A stretch of 64,000 nt of DNA, from NCBI RefSeq assembly GCF_902459465.1, contig NW_022985697.1:372001-436000 (forward strand), in the 5' to 3' direction. Shown piece by piece: positions 24,164 through 39,100 of the stretch. The position numbers were made by a program, and so were the translations under genes. Every line of letters starts with the position of its first letter. Within the stretch, counting starts at the first letter, position 1. The notes beneath the pieces were generated by a model. That model saw only the letters and a list, made by a program, of their open reading frames with translations, did not search any database and was not told where the DNA came from. Source of the stretch: Asterias rubens. Lineage: Eukaryota.

Positions 24164-27100
24164 TCATGTGAACTCTCCGTACTCTGTGCATCCGTGATTG
24201 GGCAGACCCAGTTTGATGATTCCTACAGACCGATCCTTAGAAGCAGTTACTAAGTCTGAATAACATGTTCAATTAAGGATAATTCACTGTCTTTGTCTCT
24301 AGTGCAGGGACAATATATTTCATATGAATTTGGTTTGCGGTAACACCTTGCCAGGTAGAGTTTGTTCTTTACAGAACTGTCTTGATATCACTTAGTAGAT
24401 TTTTCCCAATGTATTTTCTTAAAGGCAGTGGACACTATTGGTAATTACTCAAGAGGTGCGCACTCGAACTTGTTCTGAGTGAGATTTTGGTTGATTTGAG
24501 TCAATAAGGATACATTCGTCATACGGTGAGATGTCCATGTCTTGTACATCAGCTTTGTGTCTGAATACCTCCCCAAGATATTCATGACGGTCAGGGTAAC
24601 GTCGATATCTAAGCAGAGAGAGAAAAGACAAGATTATCCAGTACTATATAAATAGGGCCTTACTATGTTTGGTGTCGTGGACAAGCGGATAAGAGCACCA
24701 AATTCAAGCTCTGGTTATTCTGTTCAGTGGAGTGTGGGTTCGAATCCCGGTCGTGACACTTGTGTCCCTGAGCAAGACACTTCACTATAATTGCTTCTCT
24801 CCATCCAGGTGAAATGGGTACCTGTGAGGGCAGAGTTGGTTCTTGTGCTAATTAGCTTTGATTGGGCTACATATTTGGCGGCACAGACTGTATACTCCAC
24901 AGGGAGCTGATGAGATGGTTTCAGAAATGATTTAAGGCCTAGTGACCAGGGGTAATAATGTTGAAGCGCCATGAGCGTCACTGCGTGACGGACCTGAGCG
25001 CTATATTGAAAGCCACTATTATTAATTTTATTATGTCTCAAAGAACAGACAAAGTGCACTAAAACTTCATCAGTTTATAGGCTTAGTGGCATCCAACACT
25101 CTGCGTATTTTACTATAGTACCTTCTTTAAAGTTTTGATAGTTCTGCGAAAACATAGCCATCCTAAATGGCCTGTCCTAATATGCCCAAAGCAGCCACAA
25201 GTGGCCAGCAGCAGTATGCCCCAAACAGCAACAAGTGGCCAGCAGCAGTATGCCCCAAACAGCCACAAGTGGCCAGCAGCAGTATGTCCCAAACAGCCAC
25301 AAGTGGCCAGCAGCAGTTTGCCCCAAACAGCCACAAGTGGCCAGCAGCAGTTTGCCCCAAACAGCCACAAGTGGCCAGCAGCAGTTTGCCCCAAACAGCC
25401 ACAAGTGGCCAGCAGCAGTATGCCCCAAACAGCCACAAGTGGCCTGCAGCAGTTTGCCCCAAACAGCCACAAGTGGCCAGCAGCAGTTTGCCCCAAACAG
25501 CCACAAGTGCCCACCAGCAGTATGCCCCAAAAGGCCACAAGTCGCCAGCAGCAGTATGCCCCAAAAGGCAACAAGTCGCCTGCAGCAGTTTGCAATCTTT
25601 GAGGTACAACCACAAAGTTGTAATGACAACTAAATGTTCAAACCATCCCCCATTCGGTGATGACTGCTGGATATATGATGCCATGTGCAACATATGATAC
25701 ACATGACCAAAGCCTCTGCAAGTAGCTTATATTAAGGGTAGGCAAGTCAGAATAATTTGTAAATATTCATAGATTTTAAAGTATTGTTTTCAAAGTTTTT
25801 AAAAACATTTGGGAAACCACTTCCCTTAAAACAACCAAAACAATCGTCTAACCAGATTTTACAATTATTTATTTCCATGAAAACAATTCAATAACTTTCC
25901 CTAGTATCTTTTACCAAACTGCCTATTCCATGACTCCATGGAAAGCTTGTTTACTGTGTATTTTCAATTCGTTCTAAAAGAATTGTGAAGTTTTAGTTCA
26001 GCAACATTTTGGGGGTCAGCTGGGTTACGACAAACATTTTTAGGTATTATAGTCAGATTGTGGTTTTCAGTGTTCTTCACGTCACAAGTCAACAACAAAA
26101 TAAGTTGTGAACACTTGTGTACGCCATTTTTCACCTAAAAAAAAATAATGACAGCCTAAAATGACTAACACTGTCACAATGGCATAGTACTTGTCATAAT
26201 AACTTGTGGTAAACCAACCATGGGTACACCCACTGCAATAATATGAACTATTTGTTCACGTTTTCTTCCGATTATTCTGTAAAAAAAAAAAAAAAAAAAA
26301 AGGTACAAGGTCCACAAATCTGAGGATATGCTCTGGTAAGAAAGAGAAAGGTAAAATTAAAACAATAGGTCCCAAAAGCAAAATCGTGAAAAAAACTATT
26401 GGAATCTGATTATTGATGGTATACCCGATGTGGATTTCACAAAATTTAGATAATCTTATCTCCAGTTAGGAAGAGTCCTAACTTTGGACTATCCTTAACG
26501 ATTTTAATAACTACTAAAGAGACCTAGGACTAGTACTTAGTTGGGACTTTCTGTGTGAAATCGACCTCTGCTCCATGGGATCATGTTGGCTCTGTGGTTT
26601 CTTTCTCTGCCTTCATCTCTGTGGAACCGGTTCGAATCCCACCTCAGACCGGAGCCTTGCAAGTGGAACCCCAAAGTTTTAAAAACCCACACAATCAGGG
26701 GGGGGGGGGCTATGAATTCCAACTGGAACCACCGAGGTGAAAGGCAGGAGAGAAACTACTCAGCTTTGCCAAATTACTCACTTTTAGCAAACTTGATTTT
26801 GGACAATGTTTTCGCTCCTGTTTTATCCAGAAATAACCCACCCATAATTGATATGACAATGACCAATCAGTGGCAGTAAACCCCTCCCATATAGTAAATA
26901 CAAATCCCCCGCCCCTACATTGTGGACGCCTGACATGAACGAAAGTTACATATGAGTTGGATGACATCATCATTTTCAATCCAGCGCCTACTCCCAATAT
27001 TGTCCTTGCCTGTCAAGAGGTATGCATTAGCATCAGAATAGAGTCATCCCTGTTGGGAACCTATTGGCTTTCCCTTTCATTGTCAACCTAGTGCCTGTTG

Positions 27101-30100
27101 GAACTAGGGGCTATTGTTATGCTAATCGATGTCTGTACCTTGCTGAGCTATTGTACCCCTTAGGCACTGGGGCATGGGGTATTCAATGGGCAAGCTTGTT
27201 GACAATGGGCAAGGCATTGGGGTGCATGAGTTTTATTAGTAGCAAGCAATGCAACAAATAAGCCAGCCAGGTTTGAGCTAACATAAGCAGAGTAGCAGAC
27301 TAGCAGCCAATTAAGTTATAACACAGCCATGACGATATCGATGTGGTTCCCACAGTGAAAGTTAATACATCTCATAGCGTCAACCCATCGGACTAATAAT
27401 ATATGTATAACAGCTTGCTGTGTGTGATCCTTACTCAACAGGAGAACATTACTCGGTTTATAATCACATAAGAGTGGTAAGTCAATTTGTAATGTCTGTT
27501 CATTGTTATTTTAGGATATTTGGGGGTTATAAAATATCAAGTTCATGGAGTTTGACAATCCGGTGATGATATTGATACTATGCTGTTTATCAGATAATTT
27601 GTATTCTTTTTAATAACATGTGATTTATCTGTTTCAGTTGAGTTCTATTTCTGAAGTAGAAATGGATGATCAAGCATATCAAATAAAGGTCATAGAAATG
27701 TGGATACAGAAATGCCAGTCACATAATAGAGCAAGGAATGTCAGATATACTTCTTCTTTAAGGCCTCCAATATTTGAGAAAATACATTCAATAATTTAAT
27801 GTAAAAAGGAGCCTTGTGTATGATAACAATTAATTTAACTTGACTGGAAATCCAATTTGCTTAACTTTTACTTAGAGCCCATTTTTAAAGAATAATGAAC
27901 ACTTTTAGTTTGATAATAGATAGTGAAAGTACATCATTTTTGAAAACAGAGAGTCTTGAATTTGCAAATCATTTTAAACGTAAATGAATAAGACAAAATT
28001 ATCTTCTAATAAATATAACAGTAATACGAATGATATTGCTAAAAATACATTGATCCTGATTATTGTGATTGATCAAATGCATTGATCAACTATTGCAAAA
28101 CAAAAATATATTGACCACTTTTGTAATTGATCAAAAGTAGTAAATGATCAAAATGTGTGGATCATTTTTTGTGGTCTATCAAAACGCGCAGTAATACATT
28201 TGTTGACAAAACTTTCTTATTTTGTTCACAACAGTTTTGTTTGAGAAAAGATCAAGTGATTTTACACATTATTTTCTTATATCTCTGTCTATGTGGAATG
28301 TTGTGGTTAAAACAAAAACTGATATGCCACTACAGTTTTGATTTTGGGTGGATTTATTGCTGATGGCTGGAGTTTGTTTTTATTTCCAAATATCACAATA
28401 TAATCGTAAATCATACCTCTGTATATGTCCATTTAGTAACAACATAAGGGTACAACCCTTTTTGAAAATGCCCCAGTACCCCTAGAAGTAAGTTGGATTT
28501 ATGAGTAAATACAGGGTGCAATGTATTGGGGTTACCGCCTGGCAGCCAACTCCCTGTCCTTACTGCATACTGTATTGATTAATTGATTCACTATGACTTG
28601 TGAGTCGTTGAACAGTATTGTAGCTTTTCATTCATGCATAACGCTTCAACACTTCTTGAGAATCATATTGGTTGTGAGAAGATAAACTTGTAAACAAGAA
28701 AACAAATTCTTATTTTATATATCTGTCTAGCCAAGTACTTTTGGTTTTTCAATATTGGTAGATGTGTTCAATCTGATGTGAAAATATGGGATGGAAATAG
28801 CCCCAAAGAAATGTTACCTATTCGTTGAACGTAGGATTTGAATCTTTGTATGGTGGCAAGGTTTGCCAAAACACAATAATCTCCCTATAATGTAATGTTG
28901 AGATTCTGAAAAGAACCAGTGGTGTTATTTGTAAGTCAGCTTTTATCCTCAGATACTTATTATGAACACAAAAAAAAACAGAAGTAACTTAAACATATTT
29001 TTTTGGAACACCTTAAAACGAACACAGACGTAAATTCATTATACTTTTTTAAACTTGGTTTTTTAAAATAAATATTTTGTTGCACAACACCCGGCAAATG
29101 AATCTTTGGAGGTTTTAGAAACAATTTCTAGAGATGAGAATGATTCGCACGAAATTAAAGCCAACAGGAGATACGGATAAACTCAGCTCTTACAAGGGAA
29201 CCTGTATTCACCATCAATTATGACGTCCAAATTGTCAACAAACAGAAATTACAGCACACACTTGATGCATGATGACTTAATTAAACTGGAACCAATTAAA
29301 ACATACAGAGGTCCAACTTGTCAATTGACACAAGAGATTTATTCCTCTCGCTGTCTCCTGTTTTATGTTTTTGCATTGCTGCTGTCTGTTAACAGCCCAT
29401 ATCCTTGTCCCTGTGTGTGTGATGGGCGCGCAAATGATTCTTGGTGAAATCCGAGTACAGCAATACAGAAACAGCTATAAACCTGGCATAGTTACATGTA
29501 AACTACAACTAGCGTCTGGCAACTTGATGCATTGTGGTGTATTTAAAAGATAGAACTTATGGGCTGTTAATTCCCCACTCCTTCAAAATCAAACTGTTTT
29601 GTTTGATCCTGTTGGACTGAGGACTGCACTGTTACATGAACGAATCAGTACCACCAGAATCAGGATTTAACAGTTTGTATGTTGGGTTTCTGTATAATGT
29701 TAAAATGAGGAGGACTGCACTCGTCAAATAACCAGATCAGACATACTACCATAATCAGAGTCAAACAGTTTGGATAATGAGTTACCTTAATTGTTTTGGG
29801 ATTTTGTTAATTTAAGGAAATATCCTACAAAATCATTCTAGGGAGTCTGGGTTAACATTTTCATCATCAGTAAAGTATAAACAGCTTATTTCTTGATTAA
29901 CAAACATACCCTTTTGGGAAAAAAACTACCAAGAAAAACAGCCCAGAAAGGCAATTATTTGCACAATTACTGTTTGTTAATTCTACTAAACTTGAGTTGT
30001 CTTTATGAGTACGATCGTGGGAACCAAATCCTTAGGGGTTGTGTACTAGCTCTGGCGCTCATAATTACCTCATTAGCCAAACTGTGTGGCAGGTTTTGAA

Positions 30101-33100
30101 ATTGAAGTGAGCTTATTTAAGTTGCCAGAGGTTTCAAAATACAATGGGAAATATTAAGCTGTCATTGCTGGTTATCATCTTGGAAACTCAACACAGAGGT
30201 TTCCGCCATAATCACACAATTTAAAAGTTGGTAAAACATTTGTTCCTCTGTAGTTAAACTGAGAGCAGATATGCTTTGTTCTGTGCTTATAATTTAAAGT
30301 TAAAAGAGAAAAAAGAAAAAAAACCTTATTTGCCTTAATCACTTTCTTTATCAACCTTGATTTTTCTATGGGCAAACTATTCATGAAAGTTACCACAAAA
30401 CAACAGTAAACCATTCGTTCATCCTCCAAGTTGGAAAAAAACCACTCAAATTTATGAATCTTTTGACAGAGTAGTGTACGTGATTAATCACCTACACCTA
30501 AAGGAGAATTCACTACATGGAACCTTGGCGGTAAAATAACTTCTTGACAAAAGACCATGCCCAGTTAGATTCGAACAAAGATTTCCCTTGACCCCTCAGC
30601 ATTGTCCTTGCTCTATGCCATTTATCTGCATCTCTCACAGTCAGACATCCTTTTCAAATCTACCAAATAAAACGCTGAAGAATACTTAAATTTGCTGCAG
30701 TTCTCAAATAGATCAAGTGCTTTAGTTAAAGACACAGTCTTCTCAACAATGCATAAAATAACAAACCTGTAAAAAATTTGAACTCAATTGGTCGTCGAAG
30801 TTGTGACGTAATAATGGAAGAAAAAACACCCTTGTCACACAAAGTTGTGTGCTTTCAGATGTTTGAAATCTTGAAATCAAATTCCTGGAAAATTTCTACT
30901 TTCCTGAAAACTATGTTACTTCAGAGGGAGCCATTTCTCACAATGTTTTATACTATCAACAGCTCTCCATTGCTCATTACCAAGTCATTACCTAAATTAT
31001 TTTTAAGTAATTACCAATTGTGTCCAGGTCCTTCAAGTATGTGAAGTCCTGTCAACACAAGACTTAAGAAAACTCAAGACTCAAATTCTGGTGTTGTCAG
31101 AGTGTGGGTTTGGTTCCCGGTCAAGGCAGTTGCGTTCTTGACCCAGACATTGTTAAACCATAGATGGCTTTTCCTTTGGACTGTAGATGAAATGTAAAGA
31201 CGTAGGTGTTGTGTAATGCATGTAAAATAACCAAGTAGACTATCATTAAGAGAAAGGGGGTCTGCCCCGGTGTTTCTAGCATATGTAGTTGACTGCAGCA
31301 AATTGTACCCTTACAAGATGCTATCAAGTATTGGGTCTCATAGCTAAAATAGCTCTACTTATCTTTCATTCAAATTACACATGTTTGTGACGCCCAGTTC
31401 TGTACATAAGATCTCAGTAATCCTCCTTCTACTACAACAGAGAAACAAATCCTAAACAAATCCTAAAAAATGTGAATCCCAAATACTTGATACTACTGGG
31501 ACATTTCTTAACATTACGAACAAAAAGTCAAATGACTGTTAAACGACGATAAATATTCCATTGTAGCATAAACAAGGAATATCAATACTTAACAATCCAT
31601 TCCAATTTGTTATACTATCACTTCACACGTTTCTGAATCATAACCTTTAGTCATTACAACTTTTACAGTATCCTGCTAGAAACCTTTCCCCTGGTGGTTC
31701 TGTTAATACCTCATCTGATCCTACCAAAACCTCATCTTTGGATTCGCAAAGCACATATTTCCACTTGACAATGAAATCAACGGGATAATTCGGGGGCAGT
31801 GGAGCGCACAGGGTAAAGCATTCCACACATCGTTGTTATGAATAGATTTATTCCAAGTCATTCTACAATAATTGTTCATATTTTTTTTTCTCCCTAACAA
31901 CATACAAAGGTCTAGGCTGAGTTTCCCACGTAAGCATGTGACGCAGTACGAAGGGGTGTCTAAACAAAAATAAACTCTCCACATTTCAGAGGACTTGTAT
32001 TGTAGTTCACTTTCAATTTTGTTATGTTAGAGAATATTCGGATGGTGTTTATTTAGAGTTCTTTTTGATAATAAATAGTGACAATTAAAAACTTCGGACC
32101 TATATGTAATCTATCATTTCTGAGATGTCATCATGCCATTTTCATCTTGAAACATTACCTCCAGTGGATAATCTGAGAGGAGCACAACGATCAATAACAG
32201 TTTTATTGTTACTCCTTTTCTGAAAGATAGTCTTACCCTCATGAAAATGGGAAAATATTTAAACATCACCAGCCATGCATTAAAATGGTGTAAAATGCTG
32301 TGTTTGATACCGTCAAGTGCAATTTATGTCTATGTGTTAATCCACACCCTTCGAGGATGTCACATTCAAATAACGGTCAAGAATGGCAAAGGTCATTGGT
32401 TTAAAACGGACTGGATAATATGTGGATATCTTTCACCGGGCTCGTGAAAAGACTGAGAATACAGTTCTTGACACATATCTCTGTTTAATTGAAACCAAAT
32501 AAACAGTACAAAGTGAGATTATAAATAATGAATCAAGAGAACAATAGATCTTCCTCTTATCGTGTCCACAAACAATAGATGTCTGGCTTTCACAACTAAA
32601 ACTGTATTTACACTAGTCCTTCCGCTATTTATGATCAAAATTATGCAGTTTTGCATTTAAACTCTACACATTTACCCACAGAGCAAACTAGGAAGAGGCA
32701 TTTCACATTTCTAAAATCAAGCCCCAAATAATGCTTTCTCGGAAATCAATTGAGGCAAAATTCCACATCACTGGAAATAACAATGTGAGCATGTGGATCT
32801 ATCGTCAATTGTGTGTTTATTCAGCTATTATAATTGTTGTCATATTCATTTATGTATAAATGCAAAAGCCAGAAGTTGTCTGCTTAATTATGATACACGG
32901 TAACCAAGGAAACTCGCGGCAGGTGTTCTGAAGTTAAAGGTGCAGTCGCGTCAAAACAAAAGAAAACGAATAGTTAAATAACTCATCTGATTTGTTTCAG
33001 TTACACAGCAAAGAAATTTATAAATAAACTAAAAACAAAACCAAAACACAGACAATTTGTGAATTTAGAATTTAGAATGATTAATGTACAAGTGCCAATG

Positions 33101-36100
33101 TGCTTGATAGCTTATTCCAAATGAAGTAAGAATCAGTATACCTGCAAAGCCTAATTCTTCACATGTACCATGCCATCTTTGTCTTGGTGCCCTTTGAAAA
33201 GTTTAAATGTCCCTCGTAGAGGTGCCCTTTAAAAGGAAAACTGCCTCGTCCTAATAACATTGAAGTATCACCTAAATACAATGCTGCAGTCTTCAAGCAC
33301 ATTTGGTTGTAGTGAGCAATATGAATTTAAAATGCTTTAAAATGCTACAAAAACAGTAACTGTATGAATTCACAGTTGTTTAGGTTTTCAAACCAAAGTA
33401 TAAAATCCAATGATGATTTCCAACAGCCATAATGCTCACTTTTTATAGACAAAGTATTGATCAATAAACACAGCTGTCTATGCAAGTTGAGCAATATCGT
33501 TGTTTGTCGATCAAACCCGACTTCATACCATACTGGCTACACCATTCACGTATTCATAAATAACCTTCAACAGTGTGGAATCTCACAACACTCTCTGTCT
33601 AATGGTAAACTGTGATTTTACATCTCAAATTAATAAGTACTTTTGAAGCATTGTTTGTATGCCTATGGGTGTCTCAGAACGCCCATTGATGTTGTGATAA
33701 GTACAAAGCACTGTTTGAATTATGAAATCACCTTGAACACATACAAATGATAACAGTAACATTACAAGGAAAACAAATTTTTTATAAATTGATGTATGAA
33801 ATGAAAAGTCACATCTCCTTAAGGTGAACCCTCTACTACCGCTTCCTTTTATCATAAGCTTGGGTGCGACTCCTAGCTATACAGCAATTACAGGTTAAAA
33901 GGCTTCAGACAACCCCCCCCCCCCTCCAACAAGTATACATTATAGGTAGATAGCTCAGTTGGTGGAGCGCTGGCATGTTAATCAGGAGGTCGCTGGTCAA
34001 GTCCCACTCCAGGGAACTTGTCTTTGGTCAACCTAATAGTGTTTCAAATTTACCCACTAGTTTTCCTTGTGTAAATCCCTATAGACCAGTACAGTAGACG
34101 GCCACAGACAATGTTTTATGTATTTCAAGAAATATTCAGATATGCAATCACATGTTTTTTTCCATGCATACAAATGTTTGCTGTGGAGTGGGTTGGGATA
34201 ATCTTTAAGTCCCAAATTATACAATCCTGTTGGCAGTGCATATCATAAGCTTATCCTAGGGGCAAATATAACTGTTAGGCAGTCTTGTCTGGAACTCAAT
34301 CCTGTAAACATACAATGTACTGCAACCAACTCCCTCAACTTATTTTTTTCAAGGAAGACTTGAAGCTTTGAAGTACATGTATAGGGGAACTGGTTTACAA
34401 AATTGCAATCTTAAAGGCACTGGATGCTGTGGGTAATTACTCAAAATATTTGTTAGCATAAAAACTTACTTGGTAACAAGCAATAGAGAGCTATTGTTAG
34501 TACAAAAACGTTGTGACAAAGAGGTAATTTCTCACTCAACCGAGGTCTTTTATTATGCATCTAAAAGCACACAACAAGTTAATTTTTTCTTTCAGTATTC
34601 TCTTGAAACTTTGATGACCAATTGAGTCGAAACTTTCACAGGTTTATTATTTTATGCACATGTTGGGATACAACAAGTCATAACACAGGTCTTTGAGAAG
34701 GGTGTCCAGTGCCTTTATGACAAAGCTCAGGGAAGTTGCTCTTTAAGCGAGCGTGGCCTACACTTTAAAGCTGAAACTGTCACTGGTCTGTTTGGTTGTT
34801 CAGGCCTTCGTTTTTGAAAGGGCAAGGGCACCAGGGCATGTTCTCCTTGGTAAAGGGCACCCTAGGAGCAAATTGTAAAAAAATTCTACTGGAGCATTTC
34901 ACGAGCACCAAGGGGGCATGAAGGCAATTGCCTTCATTGCCTCTGTGAAGCATCAGGCCTGCTTGTTTTTTAATATAAATTCAGCATGAAAGATTGCATG
35001 GAGCACAGGTACCACGAACATGATGAATAACCGATAAGCTGACACTTAAACTGTGTGAATTTTTATGTCTTTTTACCCATCATTGTTGTATGTAATCCAA
35101 GGATGAAGACTGTCAGTCAAGTAGTTCCAAACTGGCCTTCATTCTGACCATTATTTGGGTGGAATATTTTCTTAATCTCAAGCGAAGGTTGTGTTGTAAG
35201 AGGTGAATAAAAACAGATTAACAATAAAAACAAGTTTTAAACGATGTAAAGATGAGAAAATGAAAGACATTTTGAATCTGTGAGCTTAGTTATTAGCAAT
35301 AATACAAGCGCGACTGGAACACAGAAAATATGGTATTTTTGTGTCCTGTACCTGATAAGGACAAATGCCGATTTGGATATTCCTATGTAAAAGTCGCACT
35401 GTACTAAATAATAAATTTATCTTTTTGATGTGAAGCTTAAAATAGTACGATACACAGAACTGAAACAACAGGATAGAACATGGTTTGAAAAAGGCTGTGC
35501 ATACAGGTCGACATCACAATTCAAGGATTAACCAATCAGGATTGAGGATTTAAGTTTCATTTTTACTAATTCCGTTATTTTTGAACTGTTTTCATACATA
35601 CCGGTACCGCCTGTATGAGAACATTCCCCAGTTTTCCATGGAGCTGTTTAACATGCTTAACGCCGAAACGTAGCTAAGCACAAAGTGTATTATGGTTACC
35701 AGTTTGAGGTTACAAGCCTACATACGCCATGTTAAGTTTACAATTTGTGACAGGTGTCAAGCGATTTTTGCTTAGCAGAATTCCTCAAAATTGGTAATTA
35801 CTCAAAATTGTTAGCAGAAAAATTTACTTGTTTACAACAAATGGAGAGCTGTTGATGGTACAAAACATTGTGAGAAACATTCCCTCTGAAGTAAAGTAGT
35901 TTTCGAGAAAGAAGTTATTTTCCATGAATTTGATTTTGAGACCTCAGATTTAGATTTTGGGGTCTCGAAATCATGCATCTGAAAGCACACAACTTCGTGT
36001 GACAAGGGTCAATGATCTCCCTTTAACAATTTTTCTTTATATTCTCACAACAGGTTCAAGTCCATCATTCTCCAACGTTGCCTTGAAGGATACCAGTCAT

Positions 36101-39100
36101 GGCATTCAAACCTGGAGCCTTGTGTGCTTTGCTTCTTCTTGGGCTATGCAGTCAACTCCTACTAAGCAATGCACAGCCCGTAGTGACGCCCAGACCACTG
36201 CGTACCACTATACCTACTGCAGCGCCACCAACTGTAGAAACAACACTACAGCCGCAAGGTACTACTACGTTACCCCAAAATCCAAGTACCACTATGGCGC
36301 CCACTGCAGGTACAACCGCAGTGCCCACTGCAGGTACAACGACTGCACCCACTGCAGGTACCACGGCAGTGCCCACAATGGTGCCCACTGAAGTTGCCAC
36401 AACGGTGCCCCCTCCTCCAAGCACTACAACCCAAGAGCCAACAACTACCCCACCTCCCTGCCCCTCCAGATGCACCTGCAATTCAATGACGCGGACAGTG
36501 GACTGCGTAATGGCCTCTCTAACAAGCATCCCATCTGATATACCACAATACACAACCACATTGTATCTGAGCGAGAACAACTTCAATCTTCTACCACGGG
36601 GAGCTTTTGCCCATTTGCCCAACCTAATAGCCCTGCATCTGATCTCTTGCGGAATCCAGTCCATAGCCAATGGAGCTTTCAACGGTCTGAATCATCTCAC
36701 AATATTGAGCCTGAAGGCCAATCAACTCACTTCGGTTCAAGGAGTTTTCCAGGGAATGCCAGAACTTCAAGAACTTGACTTGGAACAGAATCGACTCGGT
36801 TCATTATCACAGTCCACACTAAGAGACTTTCCCAAACTCCGCGTCCTAGCCATAGGCAACAATGATCTTCTGAGTGAAGTCAGCTCTGGAGCTTTCGACA
36901 TGAATCCCCTGCTTCAGAGCCTAAGCATCTCCCACTGTGCTCTCAGCCAGATACCCCAGGATGTCTTTCAATCCATGACAATGCTCCAAAGACTTGATTT
37001 GTCCGGAAACCAAGTCTTCCAAATTCCTCCCAGAGTTTTTGAGGGACTTACATCTTTGCAGGACCTCATGCTGTCAAGCATGTCACTAGTGGGCATCAAC
37101 GAAACAGCCTTTGTAGGACTTTCCCGACTGCAGACTCTGAATCTGGGTTACAATGATCTGAGGAACCTGGACAGTGCTGCCCTTACCCCACTGAACTCTC
37201 TAAAAACACTTGTCCTGACAAGAAATCCCTGGGATTGCAATTGTCGCATGAGCCAGTTCCTGACCTGGTTGAAATCAACTCAGATTGACCACTACAGTGC
37301 ACAGTGGACATGTGTGACCCCACAAGTTTTACAAGGACAATTTGTGTACACCATCCAAGAAGCTAATTTTGCCTGTGTCCCGATCATCAACAAAAGTCCT
37401 TCTTCAATGGTTATTGACTACCAGGGCTATGTGTTCTTTGAGTGTGGTGCACGTGGTGATCCAGAGCCTCAGATTGAATGGTACCGACCAGATGGCATGC
37501 AAATAACGGCCACTAGCAATGCAGAGAATGTCTACACCACTTTCAGCAGTGCTGTCTTAGTTATCCAAAAAGCAGAGGAAATCAATGGTGGTAACTACAA
37601 CTGCACAGCAAGAAACAGTCATGGCTCAGCGTCTGTACAGTTCTCCCTCAGTATTAATGGCATTCCAACGACAACCCTTCCAACGACACCAGGAAACCCA
37701 ACCACAGTGACGACAGATACTCCCCCGTGTGCCTTCGCCCCAATACAAGTCAAGGTTGGCAACATCACGGACACCTCAGTCAAGATGGAGTGGACCAGGT
37801 ACAACAGTCCTTTCATCAAAGGCTACATCATACAGACAACCGAGTTCGGCATGGAGGACTCCAGCACTAAGTTGGCTGACGAAGAGGACACCTTCCTGGT
37901 AGTGAAAGATCTCAAACCAGGAGGCGAATATATCATCTGTGTGACTGTCTTCCTTGAAACATGCCCCAGTATAACTACAGTTGATCAGTGCGAATATCTG
38001 ACAACAGCTGGCAGCGTGGATGATGGGATGGCAGCGCTCGTGACTAAACACCGCAACGAGATCATCGGCTCAGTTCTAGCCACTTTTTTTGGGACCCTCC
38101 TCATCCTGGCCTCTATCTTTGTCATCTTGTGGCAGTACCGCAAGCCAAAGTCTTACACCAAGTATGACTTCAAAGCAACATCAGATTCAGCTCACTTTGC
38201 CGACTTGGAGGACGGGTTGGGAGAGAGCAGCAAGGCTGAGATGTCTAATCAGATACGGTACACAGGGTCTCTCAACAAGGGAGCAGCATTTGATCAGGAT
38301 GAGTTTGACAGGATGCAGCGTGCCAAGGACATTCACGCTGCAGAGGTGTACTCAGTCCCACCTGATGCTCTTCCTGTCTATGGTACACCACATGGAAAGG
38401 GCAAAGGAAAAGGGAAGGGCAAAGGCAAGAGAAACTCCCAAGCACCCCTCATTGAAATAGAACTTGACAAGAGAAACAGCGACTACATGGTGCCCACGCC
38501 TACTAAAGAGGACGAAACCCCAATCTCTGAAGCCAAGCTGGTCAGCAGTGAGCCCAGTGTTCCTGAAGAGTCAGATGTGGGTGAATTTGGCCATCTGTAT
38601 GAGGAGCTAGACAGTCCTAAATGCGACTGCGACCCTGTTATGAATGGAATCATTGAGAGCAACGGATCAACTCACACCCACAACCACTCAATGCAAAATG
38701 GACATGCTCGGAATGGCTCTGCAAGCAAAGTCCGTTTCAGTCTCCCCGATCATGAAGACCAACAGGACACACATGTTGCTAATGGTGACATAGCCAAACC
38801 AGATCCCATGGTTGTATAAACTGCATGAAAGAGCAACCAGTTAATATGACTTTTGGTTCTGACATCAGCAATGCAGTAACAACATTTCATGCCCAAAATC
38901 AATCTGTGTTTATGATGCTGGTGAGCATGCAGTGTACGCAACTACGTAAACTTTTGAAAATAACACAATTTGTTACTGGTACCCAGTGGTCTGGAACCAC
39001 TGTGTCTTTATGTGTACTTATACCAGTTAACAGTTACATGTTAACTTTGAACTGCAGAATACCACTATCAGCGGCAGATTCCTACAGCTGCTATATTTTG

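Noticed and set aside
24328-24385. GGTTTGCGGTAACACCTTG...CCAGGTAGAGTTTGTTC shared with 5822-5880
   Set aside because: It is a real dispersed-repeat fragment, but short and without a ribozyme core, so I did not treat it as a separate finding.
25113-25702. Six overlapping 130-180-aa ORFs
   Set aside because: They come from a stop-free 34-bp tandem repeat (not a multiple of 3, so every frame cycles the same peptide) inside an intron.
33944-34020. tRNA-like sequence (GATAGCTCAGTTGGTGGAGCG...GGTCAAGTCCC)
   Set aside because: The T-loop and acceptor stem are broken, and similar decayed heads occur at ~15935, ~42570 and ~51920. It is a SINE head, not a tRNA gene. I found no intact tRNA or rRNA in the window.
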